Shown here: one piece after another, positions 22,801-33,327 of the stretch | Layout of the letters: the number at the start of each line of letters is the position of its first letter | How positions within the stretch are numbered: the stretch's first letter is position 1 | Translations under genes and position numbers: made by a program | DNA from: Dudresnaya verticillata | Lineage: Eukaryota | Assembly (NCBI GenBank): GCA_977862235.1 | Contig: OZ374557.1 | Coordinates: forward strand, 1,488,001 to 1,552,000 | Length of the DNA: 64,000 nt | Direction: 5' to 3' | The notes under the pieces: model-generated | What the model was told of the DNA's origin: nothing | Seen by the model: only the letters and a program-made list of their open reading frames with translations | The model's database searches: none

Positions 22801-24060
22801 GCGGTACGGTTGGGTAAACACGGGTGTCGACCCTTCCTTGAGTTCTATACGGTGTTCCGTTACCTTAATCGTTCCGAGTTGACCACTCCACATAGGGGCG
22901 AATGGCTTAAGCATCTTGCGAACGCGCTTTTGATCCTCGACCTGTAGGTGTGTTAAGTCCAAATCGTCTATTGTTTTCGCTTTCACCGCTTCCGTCACGC
23001 CGGGCGTCGTTGACGACTGTTGTATCGCAGCAGCAAGCCCTGCCCCCCCACATTGGAGAAAGACTCGGAATGCGAGGCCGTGTCGGGCGCAAGAGACGGG
23101 GCGTTCCCAAAGGACAAAGCGTACACCGGCGTGCTAGAAGGCGCGGGTATCGCGCGGCCAAGTCGTTGGCGCTTCGTGAGCTGTTGCGGCTTTCGCGAAA
23201 AATTCGCTACCTTGACATGGAACAGGCGGTTCGGAGCGATCTCGGTGATGCCGTTGGACAGGACGATTCCTTGTGTCTTGTATAAAGGTTGGAATGCATC
23301 CATGAAGTGTGTACCCTGGGCTGGGCATGTAACCGCAACCCAGGTTTCCGATTCCGGGGGTAGTAGAATAGCGTGAGCGACGCGGATATGCCGCTGCACG
23401 GGGCGAGGAGGTATCTCCGTAGTTTCGGTTGGTCTGTCGGGACGTAGTGGACCACATTGGCGTCTTAGAATGGGGTGTTGCGACCCGTCACGGAGTATCA
23501 CCGTTTGGTTGCGCACGCGCAGCGTGTCGACGTGATTATCGATAAAGGTACATCCGAGAATCATGTCGACCGCTAGCGCGTGTGCAACAACAAATGGTTG
23601 ACGTACTGTGTAATGTCCAATCCGGACCAGGAGAGAAATACTTCCAAGGGTAGTTAGTTTGTGCCGGCTGGTCGACACTAAATTACAGATTGGTCGTGAA
23701 GTCGACACCTTCTTCAATTCTGCCTTCGACAGGACATCAGCTCTGATGAGGTTCGGACCTGCTCCAGAGTCCAGTACGGATAATACGCGAGTGCGTTTTT
23801 CAGTGGAAGTCCCGACGGCCTCAGCCACTTTATAATTGTAGCGTGACAGCGCGCATACGGGATTCCTACAATACTCTTCGAACGTACGCCCTGGAGGGAG
23901 GCCAATCGGGCGAGCTAATACCTGCTTGGGTAGAACCAGAGGTGTCTCGACATCCGACCGTTCCGATGAACCGGGAGTTGGCAAAGCGCCAAGCGGGTTG
24001 CTACCCTCATTTTTCGGATGATCGGGGGGCTCCGGGGTGGAACCCCAGTCCCCCTAGCTA
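19804..24060 (-). pseudogene. pol: Gypsy B pol: protease, RT, RNase H, integrase, chromodomain (several frameshifts)
   Basis: LDSGAGPNLI (PR), RFCVDYRRLN and YLDDII (RT), YTDHQAL (RH), GHPGG..C..C and DILGP (INT), GPY, YRIRWY..DTWEP (chromo). Confidence 0.95.
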
Positions 24061-26417
24061 GTTTTTCGGCTGTGAGCCGGGCTTGCTAGCCGGGGAATGT
24101 GTTAAAGGGGGTGGTGGAGGAAAGGGGCGTCCGCCCATGCGAGGTGATCTGGGAGAGTGAGACCGCGGCCATTGATCGGGTGGTTCAATCCCGCCTTGAA
24201 ATTCACTTGGCGATTTTTCTGGAACTGATTTCCCGGCCTTCCGGCGTTGTCTGGCCCTGTCCAGGTTGGAGGAGGAGACTCCTTGGCGAAATTCGGGAGA
24301 TGGCCTACGACGGCGAGCCAGTCCTTTTGTTGCCGCGACAGCGCATAGAAATTCTGGCGCATCAGCGTGGCAAATTCCAAATCGTCCGTACGACCTAAAT
24401 GCGGGCAGTTGGGCTTCTTGTGGCCCACATCAAAGCACTCAAAGCAAATATCGTTCGGGAGATCATCGACTGTTACCCATCCGGGGCGCTGTTCCTTGGA
24501 TGGCTGTGCCCATGCGGGGAGCCTTGGATTTTGGTTAGACAGAACCGCATGAACTGCTTCATAACGGCTTCTGCCCTCACTAGGCTCTCCGGACCATGTA
24601 TCCGTCGGTAACACCGAGGACGGGCCCGCGTCGCGTTCGAATGCAGCAACTGCCTGCCCGTTGGCATCTGAGTCACGACTCGAAGAGTCATTATCCGAAT
24701 AGGGGTGGGATGTTACTCGAGCGACCGGCTGCCCTTGTCGAACCAGCAGAGTTCTGCTCGACTTGCCAGGGACGGCGCGTGTCGTCAACTTCTTACGGGG
24801 CAGCATCCCGGAGGACTTCTCCTTCCTTCGACTGGCTCCGAAAAGCGCGCGGTGGCAATCACTTTGGGCGGTGGCTAGCTCCACGTAATCCGCGAGTCGG
24901 GCCGTCGCCGGGTCCAGTGAGGTGGTACTCAGCAATGGCTTGACAGCGGGTAGAAACCCTCGGATGAACCGTGTTATGAGGTCCTGCTCCGATTACACTC
25001 CTGCGACTCTTCGCGCGTTATTCTGGAGCCTCCTTGAGAATGATACCTCATCCTCGTCGGGCTCCTGGGACATGCGGTCCATTTCGGCAGCTATGCGTTC
25101 GATGTACACGTCCTTCGCGAAGCTTCGCAGTAAGTAGTTCACTGCCTCCGGCCATTCGGCGAATCCCCCAATATCGTCGCCCGCGACGTCGAAGTTCGCC
25201 TCGAAGAGATCTTTGGCGTCCTTCTCGAGAAACTCCGGTATCACTAGGATCGCGGCTCCTTCACTGACATGCGCTTGGTCTAATTGACGCTTTAGCGTGG
25301 CTAGAAAGCCGATTATCGATACCGGGTCACTACCATCAAAGCGTCGACTGCGCATCACGGACTTGATCCGCTTAATCTTTCGGGACGTCGATTCCGTTAC
25401 CTCGGGTCCCCGGTACGGGTCAAGGTTTAACAACCGGTATCGTCGATACGAAAGCACGTTAGCGAACGCTGGATTCCGTGGTACCAACGCCTTTAGGCCT
25501 GACCGGCGTGGTCCTATCCAAGAGGACCTTGGCTGGCTTCGGGAGTCCGCTCCGAATGCACCCTCCGGCTCGGCGTCACGATGCGAGGACTGCCGTTGCT
25601 GGTTGTCCACTTGTCGGCCATGCGGCGTTACGGGTCGCGACCGATAATCTCGTGACGGGGAGCCGTCCCGGTATCCACTTCGACTTCGTCCCATACATGG
25701 GTTATCGCCATGTCTGGTACTGCAGAGGCACTGACTGTGCGTGTCCGGCTGTCTAGGAGGATACCTCTCTTCGCGATGGTACAGGTCGTCACCCCTTCTT
25801 CCATCCCGATGCGGCGAAAGTCGGCGTCGGTCGCGTGTCCCTCGTGGGACAGGAGACCGACGTCTCTGGATTTCAGGGGATTCATCCCGTTCACGCATCA
25901 GTCGCCTGACACGAGCATCCAAAGTCGCGACTCTTCTCCTTTCTTCATCGAGTTCCTTACGGAGGAGCTCGATGGCTTCATTCTGTTCGGCGCACCGCGC
26001 GCCGTCTGCGTTATGATCAACGCCTCTAAATGCCACAAGGGCGTCGTTCCTCGACTGGCCAACTTCTCGGGAAAGCATTCCCACAGTGTCGTGGACTTCC
26101 TCGACACGCTCGACCAGCGAATTAACTCGAACGCGAAGCGTCGCGAGTCCTTCCTCTTGCGGGATGCCGGGGTTTCCAAGAAGAATTCGGGACGTTATCT
26201 CCTCTTGACATCTGGTCAGCACTTCTTCATTCTGGCGAACGGCCGACTCATCGATATATCGTTTGATTCTTGAGATTGACTCGTCCACCTGGACTTCTAA
26301 AGCTGCTGCCAGCTCAGGACCGACTGTCCGTTCTATTCCATCTTGGATCATCCTTCCGATTTCTCGTTCAGTGAAGCACCGTTCGGCGGAAGAATTGGCC
26401 TTCGACCGGATAGGCAT
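24058..26417 (-). pseudogene. gag: Gypsy B gag with coiled coil and CCHC zinc knuckle
   Basis: ORFs 24993-26417 and 24102-24935 are separated by one in-frame stop. Contains FDGSDP and CFECFDVGHKKPNC. The original end is probably ...SQPKN* at 24058. Confidence 0.88.
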
Positions 26418-26420
26418 CCC

Positions 26421-27933
26421 TCAATTAGCTTCCAACGTGGCCACAATCGAGTTCGATGAAGACCCATCCTTCCCCATCTCAGAGGCTGATTTCGGTGTTG
26501 CAACGTCCGGAAGGAACCCAATGCACGCACTCACCCAACCCCATAGTTCACTATCGACGGGTATTGGACTTGGAAGACCATCCCCAGGCAGACATGCCCA
26601 ATCTGTCGTAGGCCAGAATGGATTCAATACTTTCCGTGACCGTCAACAGCCTACCAACCCTGATCATCACAATGTTGCTGAGAATCAGCAGTACCGTCGC
26701 GCTCAGAGCGATCCAAGGGATGATTCAAGGAAGGCCAATTACGTCCAACAGATGTTTAAGGAATCCAAGTTCGATGGTGACTTGTCCCAGGACATTAACC
26801 TTGCCCTGCAGTTATACGCAGTATGCGCAAAGCAGCATCACCTCTCCCAGTCACAGAGGGCGGACTACCTTGTACACATCTTCGATGGACCTGCCCACAA
26901 GTTTTTCTTCGAGAATACCAGGGACGGCATGACATACCAGGAGAAGGTCCAGATCATGTTCAAAGAATATCTTTCCGACGCTCACCAGCTGCAGGTCAAG
27001 GGAATCGTAGAAACTATCCACCTAAGGTCGTTCATGGAGGAACGTTATCTCACTGATGTCTCCACTGGCTTAACACAACTTGTTTCGAAGCTCAACGAGC
27101 TAGTTCCCCAGTGCTCCAGAGACTTCCGCAGCGACTCCATGAAGATCGACTATCTCCGTCGCGCCGTCGCCGAGTTTCAAGATTGGGCACGTATCCCAAT
27201 TCATAACATCGTCTCTCAAATCTATACATTCAACGCGTTTGTGACTGCTCTGCATGAGTCAATCCAGACACTCCGACAGATTCAGGTTCTCTCGAATAAC
27301 CCCGCATCAACTTCCCTCACCGTCCTGGCCCTCACGGACCCAGGTCTCAGCAATAAGCTTTACATCGAGACTAACCTCACCCAATACGGCCGTAATCCGC
27401 GCAAGCTATCCCAAGGTGGACGCGGAAATGGCCGCCCCACCGCCCCGATACGACCACATCACGGTAACCGCCACAACGGACAGAATGGATTTCGCTATTT
27501 CTCCGACGCTCGTCGACGCAACGAGTGCTTTCGATGTGGAGCTCCAAATTGGACCCAAGCCATCGCTGTAACAAAGGAGCTATCCTCTCGCATGCCAGGC
27601 AGCGCATTTAAAAAGGATAATCCGCTGCGTACATCCGTCGCAGAACTCGCCCGCGAGCTGGAAGAAGACGTGACCATCGAAGAAGAAGTTACAAATGGAA
27701 ACCCCATTCATTTTCTAGGAGAACAACACGCCCGAGTAGAACACGACCTCCAGCTGTTTGACACCGCACTCATCAACGTTGAGGATACGGAAGAGACTGA
27801 CACTGGATATGTTCAGCCTATAGAAGCAGTGGAACACAGCATCTACGCTTCTCACATCGCTTCATCACTAGCCCCGGATGCCACACAAGAAACAGAGCTA
27901 CCCTTGGTTTTTCGACCGGGCGACAAGAATTAA
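26421..27933 (+). pseudogene. gag: Remainder of Copia E gag
   Basis: KFDGDLSQD...L..Y (gag capsid-like) and CFRCGAPNW (degenerate knuckle). It resumes directly after the start of B gag. Confidence 0.8.
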
Positions 27934-27951
27934 AGCCCGGACCTTGTCGCC
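27906..27951 (+). other. Putative -1 ribosomal frameshift signal of Copia E
   Basis: G_GTT_TTT in the gag frame, followed by CCGGGC/GCCCGG and GGCGACAAG/CTTGTCGCC pairings. The -1 frame is open into the protease ORF. Confidence 0.7.
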
Positions 27952-30900
27952 GACCAAGTGACCAATGGCGCACGAGGCATCGCACTACCACTCCGAGGCA
28001 CCCCTCACGACCTGAAGGCCAAGAATTCGAAATGTTCGACATACAGGTTGGCTCCCTTGCTCAAGAAGTCCGCTCAAATCGTCCAGCAGGCTTCTGTGTC
28101 GATATAGGCGCTCCCAAATCAATAGTTGAACGCAAGGAACTAGATCGTATTCTCACCGCGTACGGAATACATCAACTTCGAATCATGCCTTCAAGTAACA
28201 GGTTCCGCTTCGCCGACGCAACGTACGACTCGTTGGGCAGAATCTCATTACCATTACTGACCCCGTCAGGTGTGCAATGCATCGATGTCGATATGGATAT
28301 CGTTCACGCTGACATTCCAGCTTTTCTAGGAATGGTCATCTTGGACAAACACTCTCTCACCCCATGTACAGTCTCTAACCGCCTCATCAAGCTAGGAGTA
28401 CGTGAGACCGAGGGGGGAGAGAAGCGTTACATCAACGAATGGAACGTGTCGCTCACAAGGTCAAGCAGTAACCACCTCTATGCTCAGATCCAATTCACGA
28501 CTGCGAGTCACTTCACTCGTACCCAGTTGCGAAAGCTGCACCGGCAATTCTTCCATGCCTCAAGCCAGAAGATATTCAACCTAATCAAAAGAGTACGCAC
28601 ACAGGACGCTAAACCTGAAACACAGGCGATGCTCAAAGACATTGCGAAGAGATGCGATTTATGTCAACGAATACAACACACACCACTACGATTCTACGTA
28701 TCCCTTGGTGCTGAGAACCTTCGTCTCGTTCTCCTTGACATCATGACCTTAGACTCATTCCCCGTCCTACACATCGTAGACGAGCCCATCAAGTTTGGAT
28801 CTGCACGGTTCCTCCCAGATACATCCACGGGCACTGTTTGGCAGACATTCCTAATGTGTTGGGCTCACATCTACACAGGGATGTCCAATCACATATTGAC
28901 CGACCAAGGATCTCAGTTTGGCCAGAAGTTCATCCACATGGCTCGAATGTGCAATGTAGAAGTCAACCGCACCGGCATTGAGGCACATGCCAGTCTCAGA
29001 CTATGCGAACGATACCACGAGCCTCTCCGCAACATGTACCGGAAGATCAAGCTGCTACATCCCACAGCAGATAAACACCTTATCCTCTCGTTCTTCATCA
29101 AGGCCATGAACCATACACTAGGACCCGAAGGACTAGTCCCATCTGCACTTGTCTTCGGCGAATACCCACAGCTTCACACGACATCCGAAGCCACAGGTTC
29201 CCGTCCTACTACAGCACAACGTGCGAGTATTTCCACAGCGGCACGTGCAGAGATGAAGCAACAAATGGCAAAGATGAAGCTCCGGCGAGCTATGCACCAT
29301 GCGGTGCCACCAGCTAGAGACCGAAGCTATGAGCCTGGAGACCGTGTGCTAGTCTTCTGCGACAAGGTAATTGCCAACAGAATTGGGTAATGGCTAGGAC
29401 CTTACGAGGTCGAGTCGGTAGATTACGACAAGAAGCTCGTCTTCATCAACGACATTCCGGGAAGAACAGCACGCCCCTTCGGTATCGCCCAAGTCAAGCA
29501 GTACTACGCGCCTGAAATTCTTGCCCACACCTTCATCGCCGATCTTGAACGCTGTTTCCATCAATTCAGCACCCCCGATGACGCAGACAACTCAGTCTTC
29601 TTGACTGAAATCTTGGATCCTAATGACGAACGAGCCAAAGGAAAAAGGATGGACGAGGCCAAACGGGCCGAACTGGTTAACCTCATGAAGAGAGGAACCT
29701 TTAAGGTCATGCTGAAGGAGGATATTCCACCTGACGCCAGCGTCCTCCCCGGTCGTTTTGTATATGCAATCAAGTCCACTATCGACGGCAAGGTAAAATT
29801 CAAGGCTCGCTACGTCATTGGCGGCCACCGCGATAAGATGAAGGACCTACTTGTGCACTTAACCACTACTTTGCAACCGCAGTCGATTCGTCTTCTTCTT
29901 GCACTCGCCGGAATTTTTGGTTCTGACATCTGGACCGCCGATATTCACCAAGCGTACTTGTTAGCGTCTGAACCACTCGCACGCGAAATCTTCATCGGCA
30001 AACCGGCATCAGAGTTTAACCTCTCCAAGGAACAATGCCTCAAGCTCCTGAAGCCCCTATACGGCTTGTGTGATGCCGGAGACGTACGGCACACAATCCT
30101 GGATAAGCACCATCGTCCCGAGCTTCACATGAAACCCTTCCGTATCGACTCTTCCCTCTACTACTTGTTGCGTAATGGAGTCCTGGAAGGAATAAGCGGA
30201 TGCTACGTTGATGACCTCATCCGTTCTGGTACCACTGAGTTTCGCAAGGTATCAAAGCTCACCAACGAGGGCTTCGAGATTACCGAGGACAACCAGCTCC
30301 CCGCAGAGTTCACCGGATTCATCCTTGATTGAAACAAGAACGGAGAGATTCCCATCGACCAGAACGAGTATCTCCGCAAACTAGAATGTCTCCCGCTGGA
30401 ATCCTCATTTCGGCGCTTCCGATCAATGCGGATGAAACTAGCATGGCTGTCGACCTCAAGACCCGATTGCCTCTTTGAAATTTCCCAGCTTGCACAAATT
30501 ACTAAGGAGACTTTCAATTCCGGAAAGGCCACAGTCCTGCGTCGTCTCAACAAGGCCGTCAAGTACGCCGTGGACAACCGAGTCCGACTCCGAATGCCCC
30601 GACTTGACCGAAGCACCCTGAGGGTGGTTGGATTCTCCGACTCATCGTTTGCCAACAACCGGAACTTGTCATCACAGCTTGGACACATAGTATTTCTATC
30701 GGACGCCATAGATGCCGTTGTATCCATCAGCTTCAAGACGTACAAGTTACGAAGAGTCACCAGATCGGCAATGTCCGGAGAAGTCATCGCCTTCTCCGAC
30801 ATGTTCGATATCGCAATTGCGTTCTCGCAAGAGGTATCGCAGGTTATGAACCAGCAGGTACCCGTGCAACTTCTCACGGATAGCAAGAGCCTGTTCGACG

Positions 30901-31136
30901 TCATCTGCAAAGGTTCACGCACTTCCGAGAAGCGCATGATGCTAGATATAGCAGCTGCTCGAGAGGGTTTCCGTGACAAAGTCATATCAGATATTGGATT
31001 TTTCCGAAGTTCCGACAACATAGCAGATGGATTGACTAAGATGATGACCCAAGCAACCCTGCGCAACTTTGTGGTCTCAGGCTTCCTTCGTGTCCAGCCC
31101 GAACAGTGTATTGTGCGTTCCGAGCATCAGACATGA
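27912..31136 (+). pseudogene. pol: Copia E pol: protease, integrase, RT, RNase H (premature stops)
   Basis: FCVDIGAP (PR), LHRQFFH..C..C and LTDQGSQF (INT), KARYVIGGH, LLKPLYGL and YVDD (RT), FSDSSFAN, TDSKSLFD and ADGLTK (RH). Stops at 29390 and 30332. Confidence 0.95.
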
Positions 31137-31163
31137 AGTACTGTACATTTCTTCATCCAATAC

Positions 31164-32472
31164 CTACAGAAGCTCGAATATCTCTGCTACAAACAAGTTA
31201 TTACAACCCCGCCCCACACACATACGCAAGCTTTCCGAGCTCAAGCGCAGCGGGCAACGTTCCACAGAATCGAGTAACACCTTCCTGAATGCATCTACAA
31301 CCACACAGGGATCGACCCGATGACCGACATCCTGCATCAGGCGCACCAAGTACACCCCGGCACAAATATCCGCAATGATGCGGAAAGCTTGCTCGTACTT
31401 TCCTCTTTGGATTTCCTTCCTTTCCTTGGGACGCTGAAAGCGCAGCTTCAATCCCATCTTGTTAATAACAGGTCCCGCCTGACTGAGGTTGTGAAGATGC
31501 TTCACCTCCTTCGACCACACCTTACAAGCTTTTGACACACCCTCGTCAACTCGCAGCAGACCAATAGCATTGATGACTGCGGCAGGGACACAGTCAAACC
31601 CAGCAGTACCGGCACGGCGGCCCCTGCAGGAGGGCAGCCTGTACGGTTGCAAGGCCGAGTTCACATCCCGGGCACCAGGCCCCCCCCATCATCACAGCAA
31701 CACCGGGATACCTTCGACAAAATCCCATAATTGCGCCACGCACCACATGCTCACGGCCGCTTTTCGTTTGCGTCCTCGTGTTCACCGGTGCCGGTATTAC
31801 ACATGCCCGCGGTACCACTTTTTGCTGCGACAGTACCTCCCTGGTTGCGTACACAACACTACACGCCATGCACAACTCGACCGAGAACGAGAAGGGGTCA
31901 ATTTCGTGGTATCCATCGACACCAGCCACATTGCTGGGTGCACCATACCATGTTCCAGGCTTGAGTGTCTTGCCATACATGCTGAGACCGGTTCCCAAGA
32001 GAACCGCATCGAATTGCCAATCTGCAGTCTCCTTGCTGTGCATGCCAGCATCACCCGAAATTTCTTCTTCACTTCCAGTATCTGAACCTGTTGATGACCT
32101 TTCCTCACTTGCCTCAATAGCCTCATCGTCGATGAGGGAATGGCGCACGGCAGTGTGCCTACTGTGGGGAATTGACACGCGCTTCAGCCGTGCACGCTTA
32201 CAATCAAGTGGGTAGCCTATTGCGTGTGGAGCAGAACGCTTACGCACTACCGCGCTGCCGCCTGTTGAACGGTCCGGATCACTGGTAACCGCACCATCAG
32301 CTGGAACAGAACATAGCGATAGGATGGAGGCGGCGTCCCCGATGGAATCAGTTGAGCCGTCAATCCTCACCAAAGATCCACCAGCATCGGCACGTATCCC
32401 AGACACCGGCGTAAAAGGCCCCACCATCGAGGCAAATGCGCACGTGTGCGGAAAAGGCGCGCAAGAGTGCAC
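31164..32472 (-). pseudogene. Antisense accessory ORF of Copia E; C-terminal part papain/C39-peptidase-like
   Basis: Overlapping ORFs 31594-32472 and 31164-31664 (frameshift). Motifs FDCVPAAVINAI and GVYLVRL...GHRVDPCVVVDAFRKVLLDS. Confidence 0.5.
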
Positions 32473-32651
32473 GCGTCGTCACGCCACCAAAGGTCGCGCA
32501 GATCGCGCGCGGAACAAAAGAGAAGAACGAGTGCCAGATCGATACGAAACCGCTCGCGTTGCGCCCCACAGGACCTAAAAAGGGCTCCATGAAGTACCCC
32601 ATTGGTTGACTCGGCGCTTCCCGAAGACGCCGGGCGTTGCGACAGGGGGAG

Positions 32652-33039
32652 TGTCGCGTTGAGCCCTCTTTACAGAAGTGACGCAACGGCCACTGTACGA
32701 TAGCTTACAGTGGGCCGCCGACGCCGTCGTCCGACCGCCGCGCGCCCAAGCCGAAGCCTACTTCAAGTACCCCAGGCGCGCCCGACCGGACCGCACAGGT
32801 ACGACGACGGAGAGGTATAGTAGCGTAGACGCGAGTCCGCTACGTCAGCTGTGGAGGACTTCCACCGCCCTTCTCTACGCGCCGTAAACGCTCACTCCGC
32901 TCATCCCGCTCGCTCCACACCCGCGTTTCCTTCGACCTTTGCCCCGCTCACGCCCCGATCATCGCGCACGGTCCTCGCAGGAGTTCGTTGCAGACTCTCC
33001 TGACCGCCCGAGCGTGTGTCTAGTGCTGACCATACGACA
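32652..33039 (+). repeat. 3' LTR of Copia E
   Basis: Direct repeat of 14300-14687, preceded by a PPT and followed by the TSD. Confidence 0.95.
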
Positions 33040-33327
33040 GAAAAGGGGGTTACAGACTTGGTAAAAAGCGAAAAACAGGGAAGCGAGGCTAAAGGGGAGG
33101 AAAAACGGATGGCGCCACAATAGTCCACGTAGATTACAAACTCCTCCAAAACGATGGTTCGTAAAGCATTGGAAAGGGAGGAGGGAGGGAGGAGATACGA
33201 TGAATCCGTGTAAATAGATCTGAAAAAGAGTACCGACCCGAAACCTACCGTTCGTAATATTCAGCAAATCCCTGCCAGTCAGGGACAAAATAAATATGGC
33301 GAAGGACGAAGTTGTGTCATAAAAAAT

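Larger units (their letters stand above)
15172..26420 (-). mobile_element. Chromodomain Gypsy element B (5' LTR deleted), nested in Copia E
   Basis: gag-PR-RT-RH-INT-chromo on the minus strand, an antisense ORF, a PPT and a 3' LTR. Confidence 0.92.
14300..33039 (+). mobile_element. Full-length Ty1/Copia element E (possibly GalEa/CoDi-like), containing nested Gypsy B
   Basis: Paired 388-bp LTRs TGTCGCG...ACGACA, 5-bp TSD GAAAA (14295-99 and 33040-44), PPT GACAGGGGGAG before the 3' LTR, and domain order PR-INT-RT-RH. Confidence 0.95.

Noticed and set aside
26425..26429. TTAGC as an inverted TSD of Gypsy B (GCTAA at 15167-71)
   Set aside because: TSDs are direct repeats, and a 5-mer match is expected by chance.
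30203..31066. 287-aa minus-strand ORF and many similar overlapping ORFs (e.g. 54670-55596, 50000-50716, 25710-26273)
   Set aside because: Shadow frames of real or GC-rich sequence, with no motifs.
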